Shown piece after piece: positions 30,601 to 42,600 of a DNA stretch of 64,000 nt. Both the position numbers and the translations under genes were made by a program. Each line of letters begins with the position of its first letter. Position 1 is the first letter of the stretch. This DNA is from Tubulanus polymorphus (lineage: Eukaryota; Animalia; Nemertea), in NCBI RefSeq assembly GCF_964204645.1, contig NC_134028.1, positions 11,579,263-11,643,262 of the forward strand, read 5' to 3'. Under the pieces are notes generated by a model. It had not been told where the DNA came from. It worked only from the letters and a program-made list of their open reading frames with translations, and ran no database searches.

Positions 30601-33600
30601 GTCAGGGAAATTCAAATTAGGTCAACAAAGGTAAACATGGGAATCATTAGAGTTAATCATATATTTATGAACCCTTAGAGTCTCATGTTCAACTTTGTAT
30701 ACAGCCAATGATGAAATTAAGTTCAATAACAACCTACGTACAGATAAAGTTTTCAAAGTTTTGTTTTCTTTTTCGGTGGATCTTTTGGCTCAGGCACTAA
30801 ATTCTTGTACGTTATTGGGTCTCCATTCATAAGTTTGATTTCACCCTTAAAAGGGTCATTCGCTAATACTGTTCCATTCAATGTAGAGTCCTGATCATTC
30901 ATCACATAAAATATCTTGTCATCTGTTAGCAGTTTTTTTTTACACTCCATTCGTGGAACCTTCAGAATTTTCCGTTTAAATAAATATTCATTAACACTCT
31001 CACGGAAACAGTCTACAAAATAAATATAAAAATTATACGCTGTAGAAAGATGAAAGTTCTGAAATTATATTGTGTACCCTTTCGGTCAGACATTTAAAAT
31101 TTCAATGATCATCACAAAGAGTCTATCCTATCAGAACAAATTTTCCCTGAAAACTTATTTAAAAGGTGTAAAAGTATCATTTGGTGGTTTTTAGTGATAA
31201 ATACTGATTGGCCGTGTGGTGGTAGACTGGAAATGTGTTCTGGGATATAAACGATTTATCGAGTACCCTTATGAATGGTGGATCCAACTTAATATGAGAT
31301 CTGCAGTATTAAGTGACAGCGTACCTGTGTACTCATCTAGTGCGGGATTGAATCTACCACACACACTGGCAAAAAATAAGTTCTGTGAAAAGAGCTGCAT
31401 TAAGTGTATGTGTCGCATAAAACATATCTTACAAGTGTTACAAAATTACTATCCTTTACCTTTAGATATTGTTGCGTATGCACCTTTTTTCGGAAATCCA
31501 GGAAACTTAACTTTGACTATAGAATCATCCACATCATCCTTACCTCTACAACACACACACTCATACCATACACCAGTCACCGGGTCCAGAGCTTGATATA
31601 CTCTACAACCTGAATTGGAAATTCAAAAAAAATCTATTCTCAAATCAACACAGACCTAACAAGAACAGGTGGCACTAAGCTACTTATAACTACTTAATAA
31701 GCCTGTGTACTTTATTGTTCTTTCTGTTTTTATGAACATTCTTTTCATCTCCTGTTAAACAACACAAACGCCTGCACTCCAAAAAAATAATGAGCCCATA
31801 AGCCGACAACATGCAGGCAGGGTAGTGCAGTAAGTATGCACGTACGTAGGCCAGATTTTTTGCAATATCAGAAAATGTCTTTAATTTTTTTGACAGGCAT
31901 ATTGGATGGCACACAGGCCAGGGGCCCGGGCACCGGGGCTCGTATCAGAGTTGTAGGTACGTAACAGTAAAAATGATTATCTTTTGTGTCTATCATGCAT
32001 GCAAAATAACAGTTACGCTTGATTATTAACTCATTGCCTGCCAAAAATGTACTGGTACGTTTGGTATCTCCTATCATTTGTCTGCCAAAACCATACTGGT
32101 ACGGTTGGCTTGTTTCTTAACTTAAACGATACATGGCGAATTCATCGCACAACACCAGTTAGTTTATTGCCCTTTACTACTAAAATAAACTATCATCAGT
32201 CATTCTATGCAGTGTGTTAATGACGTCATCTATTGAAATTGGGGCTGAACACGCATGAATGGGCATATTTTCTGCACTGGTGGTTGCTGATTTTATCACT
32301 CTAAGAAGAAATGCCGCTTATTTTACATAAAAAAGCAAGACCAGATAGAACAAAATAAAACAGATTTGATGAACATCTCTCCTAGTTTTTGTTTTATGAA
32401 TCTCTGAAAAACATGGAAATCCTGGCAAAGTGCAGCATTTCCTGAAAAAATAGGCCTGGCAGACAAAGAGTTAACAAATCGTTTTTACCAGCTGTATACA
32501 GGTATGCCTATCTACAGCTCAAATACGAGCCCGTGTGGGATGGTAGGCGAAAGTTACCGGTACATAGGCTAATTGTTCTGTATAACATACAGTTTCGCCC
32601 CTTTTGCCAGGAAATGAAGTGGGTACATACCTTCTCCGTCAGCAATCATTTCTGGTGGTGCGGTTTCCGCCATTTTGGATGGTGCAATGACATGATAAGG
32701 GCTTACATTTAGTTGCATTATAAACGCGTAGTAGACGCGTTGTAAATGCGTAGCGTCTATGCGCAGTCACCGAAACGCATCTTAGCAATGTTTGTGCGCA
32801 TTATTCCAAAAAGCGTATTCGTCCCGGACGAGTGGCGAAATTACAGAACGCAGGTTGAACGATAAAAATCGAAACGCAAACGAAAACGAAATTAAGTTAC
32901 TTCTAGGCTGTTCCGCACATGAAGAATGAGGGTAATGTAGAGAATGCAAAATTGTAATAGGGTACATATACCTGACACTAAGTTCCATATCAAAAATAGG
33001 TTTTAATACGACTGTAGCGGCCACATTGGATAACACATATGCATCAAAAACACTAGGGTTTATCCTCCTTCTGCCTTTAATACACATACCAAGCCATAGG
33101 AAAACCAGTAACAAACTATTGATTGCAGAGCAAGAACCTGGCCCGAAGTGCCTATTTCATACAGATATTTGGTTGGTTTCGATGATCTATACATGTCAAA
33201 ACATAAAAGGGTTCATCCTCCTCCTATCATTAAACCAGTTCAAGTATGAATAAATTCAGTCTAAAACTCTAAACCTTAGAGCAGTAACAGACTCCAAATT
33301 GGCTATTCAAGACACCAACATAACTAAGGCGGCCATCTTAAATTACCTACACACATAAAAAACAGTAGTGTTCATCCTCCCTATGCCTTAAATCCATATA
33401 CCAAGTGGTGAGAAAATCAGGGTAAAACTGTACTCAGGAGGGGGAACAAGCTCCAAAATGGCTATTTCACACGCCGAAATGACTGTGGCGGCCAACTTGG
33501 ATGACAAGAACCCCATATGTTAAACAAGAGCCCCATATCTAGGAACAGATCCACGGATCCATGATTGAAAGGGGCAAGTTAAGCATTGATGCAGACAAAA

Positions 33601-36600
33601 CAAAGGTTTGAAAATATTAATTGCAGTGCAATTTTATGCAATTTCTAGGTACTGAGACGTAGCTGTTTTATTAGTTGCTGGTGGAAAATATGAAAAATAT
33701 TGCCATTGTATTTTTAAATGGGCATAGGAAAATATATTGCAACGGGAGCACGTTCTTGTTGTGTTCCCATCTGAATCTCCCGCCGAGGTCTTTATTAGAT
33801 CATTTCCATGACTTTTTGCAGAAACTTCGGAAAGATAGGAATTACCTTAGAGTGATGGAAACACATTATTACAGGGGGTCCATGAACCAAGTAAACTTTA
33901 CGAAAATCTGTTAAATCTGTTAATTATCATACACAACTGCTTGACTCATCATTAATATAAAAGAGGTAGTGGGTTTTCCCCGATGACTCAAATAGACATG
34001 CTCCGTACAGCATAAACTGCTGATGCTGTATGATTTCATTTACGTATAACATACACTGCACTGCGTATGAAATTAAAATGAAGTTTGTTAGACAATTTAT
34101 TGTTATAAATTGAACAATTATCAAGATTCACTGCATCTTTTTAGATTTCAACATATTTTGTTTATTAAGCCAATCAGTGCGCATTAAAATATATTCAGCC
34201 TGGGCCTACCCAACCAATGTTCTGATAGGCCCGTTAGACACCTGTTCATTGGTCACAAGTCCTCGTGACTTACACAAGTACAGATGAAGTTGTTCAACTA
34301 TTAATTGTGACTGGAACGTGGACCTCACGAGAAGATTGTATTCAACTACACCTGTGACGAGATGGCCGTACTGACCGTGAACATTCCTGCTGTTTCAGTG
34401 GATACAAATGCATTACAGTCAGTTTTTGTCAGCCTAAGGTAATATAGTTGCTTCTTTGTCTCAAATAAGTGGTAAGATTAACCCTTTAACCGGCAATCGG
34501 TCGCTAGAGACCAGCTATAGTGAATAGGCTTATCATCCAAGCAAAAAGAAATCGTTTTATTCATAAATTTGATCGAGCCGGTAATAACAGTAAATACACT
34601 TGGAAAGTTATAAAGGACTTACAAAATAGAAATTCTGATAAGAACATATATCCAGATGATTTTAAAATCAATAATAAACTAATCTCAGATCCCGATGTAA
34701 TTGCCAAATCTTTCAATGACTATTTCGTAAATGTTGGACCAAATCTAGCTAATTGTATTCCTAAGCAATCAGAAAGTTTTGAAAAATTCATGAATCCTCA
34801 GCTTGATCATAATTTATTTCTAAATCCAATTCTACCTCACGAAATAGAATTAATTGTCAGAAACTTTAAATTGAAAAATAATTGTGGTTTTGATGACATT
34901 AACCAAAAAGTATTGAAAAGCGTAATTGATACTATTTCTAGTCCACTAGCGCATATTTTCAATCTTTGTTTTTCTGAAGGTACCTTCCCAGATGAGCTTA
35001 AAATAGCTCAAATTTTTCCATTGTTTAAATCAGGGGATAAACAAATTGTAAGTAATTATTATAATTTGCAATTTGTTTGTCATTAAATTACTGCTTCTCC
35101 TATTATGTATCAATAATTGTTTGTTTAATTGGCAATGGATTAAGAACATTCTTACTTATTTTCCAGAAACCGTATCGAGTTAAGTAAACTTCTTTCATCA
35201 AGTTCTTAAAAACGAGTTTATCCAATTCCTTTCGGGTGCCTCCTGTATAAGTTCAGTGGGTGGAGGATATTATGACTATGTGTTCTCATAAACAATATCT
35301 ACTATAAACATCTACTATACTAAATATCTAGTGCTGGTCGGATGTGGCCTGCAATAAAATTCTTAAGAGCAATACCACCGGATTTTATGTGCCTCTGGAC
35401 GTGTTTAGACCAGTTTCAAAATTAAACGTCAGTAAACATACTTTAAAGTTTAAGTATTTATAATTCGTAATTCATTGTAGTTCAAAATACGTGAAAATCT
35501 GAATAAAACTGATCTGGATTAAATGGGTTATTGCACCATTACTGTAAGGGCAAAGGGAAAAAATAAAATGGGAATTTTTACTATGCCCGAAGTTTTTAAA
35601 AATGGGGAGAGATCATGCCTAATTTTTTCCCGCGAGTTTTCGTAACTTTTTGGAAGGACGGAAAATATCAAACAGATATTTCTTTTCTTTTCTAATTATG
35701 AATGGAAATGCATTAATATCTTCAGCATGAAGTTTTTGGCAGAATTTTAGAGTGGGCTTTGGCCAATGGGTCAAACAGACACTCCACGTGCATGTGTAAG
35801 AACCTGGATCCTGAAGGATACGTACACTGTGTATGAAGTTTGTAAAGCGTCTAATATGTTAGACCTTTATTTTTGTAAATTGAACAATTTCCTAGATTCA
35901 CTGCCCCCTTTTCTAATTTCACTGCAGTTTATAAAAATCCCATGGCTGCTGCACCATTCCATAGAAATATTGGAGAGCGCAATAAACTTGATCTAACATT
36001 CAATAGTACAAGTAAGTTGTTTGCTGCGAAAACTGTAGACATTATGTTGTTATAGAGAAAACTGAACGGTAAAAATTTGACTGACCTGGGAGACAACGTG
36101 ACGTCATTACAAACAGTATAACAAAGTGGTTGTTCACTAAGTATAACAAGTGCCTTTCATCTGGAAACCATGTGTGTCATTTAAATTCGCTCCATTTGTA
36201 TAGTTATAAGCTCAGGCTATGGCTGGCCTAAGAATGACAACACTAGCTCCAGAACAAAAGATCTAAGGACCTGTGCGTCAATCACGTTCATACTTCAAAT
36301 GCTCAAAGAACAGGTCTTAAGACGTTCGCTTTCACTTCTGTGGTCAATCAAAACAAACAACAGGTATTTAATAAAACAATACCGACAGCAGATAAAAATA
36401 TATCCTCACAAAAATATATTCACACATGTACGCTACCTAGACAAATGAAACGTTTGCAGTTTCGTGGCTTTTCCATAAATACGTAAGTAGCGCCAGAATT
36501 AACCATACATCCCTAAAACAGCCATTCACTTTCACTTGTGGAGACAACGCCCCCAATCAAGGTCATTGCTATCTTGTAAGCAAGAACTAAGTATTTTCCC

Positions 36601-39600
36601 GCCAAAAACAGGCTTGCGAGAAATTTTAACGAATTTGACCGTGTCATCGGAGGAGGTTTAGCATCTCTACAATCTTATCAAACAAACGTCATTTGGGCCA
36701 ACCAATGAAACAAATGCTTCCATAGAAAAAATGTTCTGCGATTTTACATAATTGGTTCTCACAGTGTATGAAATTAAAATGAAGTTTGTTAGACAATTCA
36801 TTATAGACAATTCATTATTTTGAATTGAACTATTATCAAAATAATTTGCAAAACTCAAAATAATTATTAGGAATATTATAATGGGAGTCATTCTACATAA
36901 AACAACCAGTCTGGAATTTATTAATATCTTGGATTTTCAAAATGTTAAGTCTTTTGAATAGTGGATTAGAATGCTCTAGATAGTAAGAGTTAGTGATGAT
37001 TCTAACGGCACACTTTTGTAAAAGGAGTAAAGGATTTAAGAGATTTGAAAAATTTGACGACCATACAATATTACAGTAGCTTAAATGTGGGTGGATAAGA
37101 GCAAAATATAAATTGGTGAGGATACGTTGTGGTAGAATATGCTTTAATCGATTCAATGTACCTACACTGCGGGCAACTCTTATTCTAGTATTATTAATAT
37201 GTTCTTTCCACGATAATTTTTCATCAATGCACACCCCTAGGAAATTGGTATGATTTAGGCGGTCTATTGGTTGACCATTCATACGAATAAAAACGTTGTT
37301 AGGTAAATTAGAACCAAATAACTATATAATTGGTTTTTCAAGTTCAATGATAATTTGTTTGCTTGAAACCATATTGATAATTTAGATAATTCAGCATTTA
37401 TGTTTAGGATAATACGATGGCCGTCAGATCACTGATAAAGGCGTTTGTGTCGTCGGCAAACAAGATTAACTGAATAAGATTACTCACATTGGTGCTGTCA
37501 TTAATATATAATAAAAAGAGCAAGGGCCCTTGTGGAACTCTGATATTGATTTTTAGAGGGTCCGATATATAATTTTCCATTTACACGCCTTGGCGTCTAT
37601 TTTCAAGGTAATTTTTAACCAAAGTAGGGGCAATCCCTTGATACCATAGAATTTAAGTTTTTCTAGCAGGATGTGATGGTTTACAGTATCGAAAGCTTTA
37701 GAAAGGTCCAAAAATATTCCAATTGAAGTCTTTTTATTAGGGTTTTCTGTTATTTCACAGAAAACCCTATTGATATCTGCGTGATTATTATTAGGGTTTT
37801 CTGTTATTTCACAGAAAACCCTATTGATATCCGCGTGATTATTAGGGTTTTCTGTTATTTCACAGAAAACCCTATTGATATCCGCGTGATTATTATTATT
37901 ATTATTTTCTTCCACACTATTTTTACCAAAAGAACATAGGCTTTGTTACCTTACCGCTGTTTCATATACAATCCATATAATATCGTTCAGCTCAATGAGA
38001 TCTACAAATAGCCCGCGTGTTTTTTCACGAATCATCGTTACAAAAGCGCTGTCGGGCTGTAAACATCGAAAATTGGGGCGACATGTTTTTCGAGTCGTCA
38101 TCCCGAAATCAACCCGCAGGCCGACTGTCACTTCGATTATCAATTCAAGTATAAATGAACTAATTTATTGCCGCAGACTTCACATTCAGTCGCGGTCTTC
38201 AAACAGTGATTTTAACAGGGGGTTTCAAGGAGTTAGTTTAACAATACCTATTTTTCTTTACCGAATTAACCGTGTATTTACTAAGATAAATCTTTAGTGT
38301 ACCGGGGAATCGTAGGCCTAAACTAAACAGGCCGAAGAGATATGGCGGAGAAAAGCTGTTATGTCAACGAGGTATCAAAATAAAAGAATATATTACTTTA
38401 TTCGGCCGCGGGCTTCAACCATTTACCAATACTCTATATTTCCTACAGTACAAACCGATCATTGTCAAATGCACAAGGTATTTACTAAATACAAGTATAT
38501 AACACACGTATCCATATCCGTATGCTATCCGTATGCTGGACTCACACTTGACATTCGGAGTAAGCGTTCGCTGTGGGGGAAAGGAGATCGTTCGCTGTGT
38601 CGCTTGAAGTGTTTATCGAGTTTTACGCGACCTTAAGGCTTTAGTATGGTGGCTGATAAGATAAAAAAACACGAATATGCAAATGAGGGCGACATTACGA
38701 CAAAACGACAAAACTAAAATAACGTGAGAAAACAACGATTTTGATTTTGTCGCCCGCGACAATTCATTATTTTGGTTTTATCGCCAGCGACAATTCATTA
38801 TTTTGGTTTTGTCGCCCGCGACAATTCATTATTTTGGTTTTATATTTTGTTTTTGTCGCCCGCGATGATTTTTTTTTTGGCTTTGTCGCCCGCGACAATT
38901 CAATATTTTGGTTTTATCGCCTGCAACAATTCAATATTTTGGTTTTATCGCCTGCGACAATTCAATATTTTGGTTTTATCGCCCGCGATAATTTATTATT
39001 TTGGTTTTGTCGCCCAAGACAATTCATTATTTTGGTTTTATCGCCGGCGACAATTAATTATTACGGTTTTATTGCCCGCGACAATTCATTATTTTGGTTT
39101 TGTCGCCCGCGACAATTCACCATTTTGGTTTTGTCGCCCGTGACAATTCACCATTTTGGTTTTGTCACCTGCGACAATTCATTATTTTGGTTTTATCGCC
39201 TGCGACAATTCATTATTATGGTTTTATCGCCCGCGACAATTCATTATTTTGGTTTTATCGCCCGCGACAATCCTTTTTTTGGTTTTGTCGCCAGCGACAA
39301 TTCATTAGTTTGGTTTTGTCGCCAGCGACGATTCAATATTTTGGTTTTGTCGCCCGCAAAAATTCAATATTTTGGTTTTATCGCCCACGACAATTCATTA
39401 CTTTGGTTTTATCTCCAGCGACAATTCATTATTTTGGTTTTGTCACCCGCGACAATTCTTCTTTTTGGTTTTGTCGCCCGCGACAATTCATTATTTTGGT
39501 TTTATATTTTGTTTTAGTCGCCCGCGACATTTTTTTTTTTGGTTTTGTCGCCCGCGACAATTCAATATTTTGGTTTAATCGCCCGTGACAATTCAATATT

Positions 39601-42600
39601 TTGGTTTTATCGCCCGCGATAATTCATTATTTTGGTTTTATCGCCCGCGACAATTCATTATTTTGGTTTTGTCGCCCGAGACAATTCATCATTTTGGTTT
39701 TGTCGCCCGAGACAATTCATCATTTTGGTTTTATCGCCCGCGACAATTCATTATTTTGGTTTTGTCGCCCGCGACAATTCACCATTTTGGTTTTGTCGCC
39801 TGGACAATTCACCATTTTGGTTTTGTCGCCCGCGACAATTCATTATTTTGGTTTTGTCGCCCCCACAATTCTTTTTTTGGTTTTGTCGCTCGCGACAATT
39901 CATTAGTTTGGTTTTGTCCCTTGCGACAATTCATTATTTTGGTTTTGTCGCCTGCGACAATTCAATATTTTGGTTTTGTCGCCCGCGAAAATTCAATATT
40001 TTGGTTTTATCGCCCGCGACAATTTCACTACTTTGGTTTTATCGCCAGCGACAATTCATTATTTTGGTTTTGTCGCCCGCGAAAATTCATTATTTTGGTA
40101 TTGTCGCCCGCGACAATTCACCATTTTGGTTTTGTCGCCCGCGACAATTCACCATTTTGGTTTTGTCGCCCGCGACAATTCACCATTTTGGTTTTGTCGC
40201 CCGCGACAATTCACCATTTTGGTTTTGTCGCCCGCGACAATTCATTATTTTGGTTTTATCGCCAGCGACAATTCATTATTTTGGTTTTGTCGCCCGCGAC
40301 AATTCTTCTTTTTGGTTTTGTCGCCCGCGACAATTAATTATTTGGTTTTCATAATTTCGGTTTTGTCACCCGTGGTTTTGTCGGAACATTAAGTTTTTTG
40401 GTCGAACAGTGTGTTAAGGTTGTTTTGGAAATTTACTCGGTCTGGTTTATTTTGGATTACTGTGTATGTCATTGGTCAGGACATTAAACAGAAGACGACT
40501 TAGGATACTACCTTGCGTGACTCCACTGGTTAGACCGTCCCATTCCAAGATGAGGCGTTCCGTTGATTTCGGTTACAAGTTTCCGTTCAAAGATAACTGC
40601 TGAGCCATTTGGGCGACCTATCATTGATACTGTTTCCTAATAGCCTGTTTAGTAATGGCTGATGTTGAGCCTTATCAAATTCTTTGTTGAAATCCCCCAT
40701 TGAACAGGATTCTAAGACTGTGCAGAAAACCCGTTATCGCTGCTTTGCAGCTATATTTGTGTATGTTATTTGCAATTTCCTTAGTTAGTTTGATCAAAGT
40801 CCTTGCAGGACAGTGGTTTTTCCGGAGACCAAATTGACTTGAAGAAATTATATTGAACTTCGCAAAAACTTACTAGTCTCTTATATACTATTTTTTCTAT
40901 AATTTTCAAAAAGCATGGTAGAAAAGAGATCGGGCGATAGTTATTGAATAATTCTGCATCTCCACTTTTATGAAGTGGTCGAACTCTAGCAATTTTAAGG
41001 TCACTGGGGACGTTTCCACTTAAGAGGCTCAGATTAAAGATATAAGAAAGGGGATCTTTAATCAAGTTAATAACAGCTTTTACCACTTTCATACTTATTT
41101 CATCAATTCCAATGCCTTTATTTACATTAAATTCACTAACAATATCATGGATTTCTCTAGGTGTGGTTGGAAAGAAAAAGAAATTCTTGTTTGGGGGTTG
41201 AGTTAGATGAAAATCAACACCTGGATCTGATTTTTTTTTCCGCTAGGTTTTCCCCGATATTGACGAAATATTTATTGAACTCATTGGCAATGTGACTTTT
41301 ATCGAATTTTTTTTTGGTGATCGTCAATTTCAAAGACATCAGGTAGTTTATTTTCATTTCTAGATTTCCCAAGGATATTATTTATGATGGTCTTAAGTTT
41401 TTTCTGAGGCAGCTAGTAACTTATTCGAGTAATAATCCTTCTCTGAGTGCCTGAGTAATTTTGTTAAGTAATTTTTGTGGAACCTGGACAATTTCAGTTT
41501 CGATAATCACATTTGGGCCTACCAAACCAATGGTTGCTAACAATGTGCTTGTTACATACGTGTTCATTGACCACAGCTGAGTCGACATGTATCATATTTA
41601 CGTGTACATGTATGATATGTACATATTACAGGATAAAAACCACTCACAGTGAAAAGACTGCAGTTTTTGCTAATTTTGAGAATTGTATGAACGCGGCTCA
41701 TCGATCGAGCTTATCGACTTAGGGTAAAACATTTGATGTTAGATTCAAAGGAATGCAAAGCCATTGCAACAGACAGCCCCTGCGCTTAAAACTCAATGAC
41801 ATATTTCACCTTCACTCCTAACACAGTCAGCCCTAGCACTGGCACTACTACTAAGTATCGTTATAAGATTCTATACACATAATCAGTAATTGTGTATATG
41901 GTACATACCTTAAATGGATGTGTAGATGCCATCAATTTAGTGTCCAAAATCCTAACAATTATATAAGGGGTGATTTGAATACTTATAGTGCATACAAACA
42001 AAGAAAAAATCATCAATTGTACTTGTACTTACCTAGGAAAAATACAGTTCGTCATAGACTTAAACTCCCCATAGTCCTATAGAAATAAACATAATTTATC
42101 AATGTACAGGTACCAGGAATTCCATAATGTTATCACAAAGAAGTAAGGCTTACATCAGGTAGATTGTAGATGAATTGATGAATGGTGTGCATGACATCCA
42201 ACAACATGTTGTGCCCAGCTAGAATTTTACCCTGAAATGGCGAATATCTTAAAGAATGATATAACTGTATGTGGATGATCATATCATTTTTATTTCTATA
42301 ATATAAAGATCAGGCCGGTTTTAATACAATTCAAACTTAAAAAGTATCTCGAAAGTATTCATCATTCCGAATCAGATACATCTATTGTCTATTGTCTTGT
42401 TGTGCAAGATGATACTTTTGTGGGTCAAAATTAATGGGAGCACATACATCAGACTGGCTATCTCATATTTACCAAATGTGTAGTGCAATTTGGGAAAAAT
42501 CAGTAGCTTTTACTGATTGAATACCAGCTATGGCAGACCTATAAAATGAGTTAAATGACCATATTTTATCAATTATTGGGTACTGATTTTGCTATCATGC

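Larger units (their letters stand above)
26804..31609 (-). pseudogene. Decayed spliced gene: Tudor/chromo-barrel-like exon, NDPF-containing segment, Ser-rich/helical linker, C-terminal BEN domain
   Basis: Exon 31609-31460: [41 protein letters not shown]. Exon from 31012: ..[15 protein letters not shown]... ORFs 30126-29815 and 29791-29465. BEN-like [46 protein letters not shown]. In-frame stops and HINE insertions are present. Confidence 0.75.
26338..32911 (-). mobile_element. TIR DNA transposon carrying a BEN-domain gene; no transposase detected; superfamily unresolved (EnSpm/CACTA-like subterminal repeats)
   Basis: TIR ACAGCCTAGAAGTAAC(A/T)TAA at 26338 and inverted ending at 32911; GAAACG/AAAACG subterminal repeats at both ends; no clean TSD. 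Confidence 0.72.
36670..41500 (-). mobile_element. CR1-like LINE remnant split by a 3-kb nested insertion block
   Basis: The 5' piece 41500-40759 ([44 protein letters not shown]) continues directly into 37734-36890 ([35 protein letters not shown]). Confidence 0.88.

Noticed and set aside
31216-31613. Plus-strand ORFs of 126 and 69 aa
   Set aside because: They are antisense shadows of the minus-strand Tudor-like exon.
38740-40392. CRISPR-like palindromic repeat array and long ORFs in all three frames
   Set aside because: There are no unique spacers or cas genes, and the context is eukaryotic. The ORFs are artefacts of a largely stop-free 31-bp monomer.
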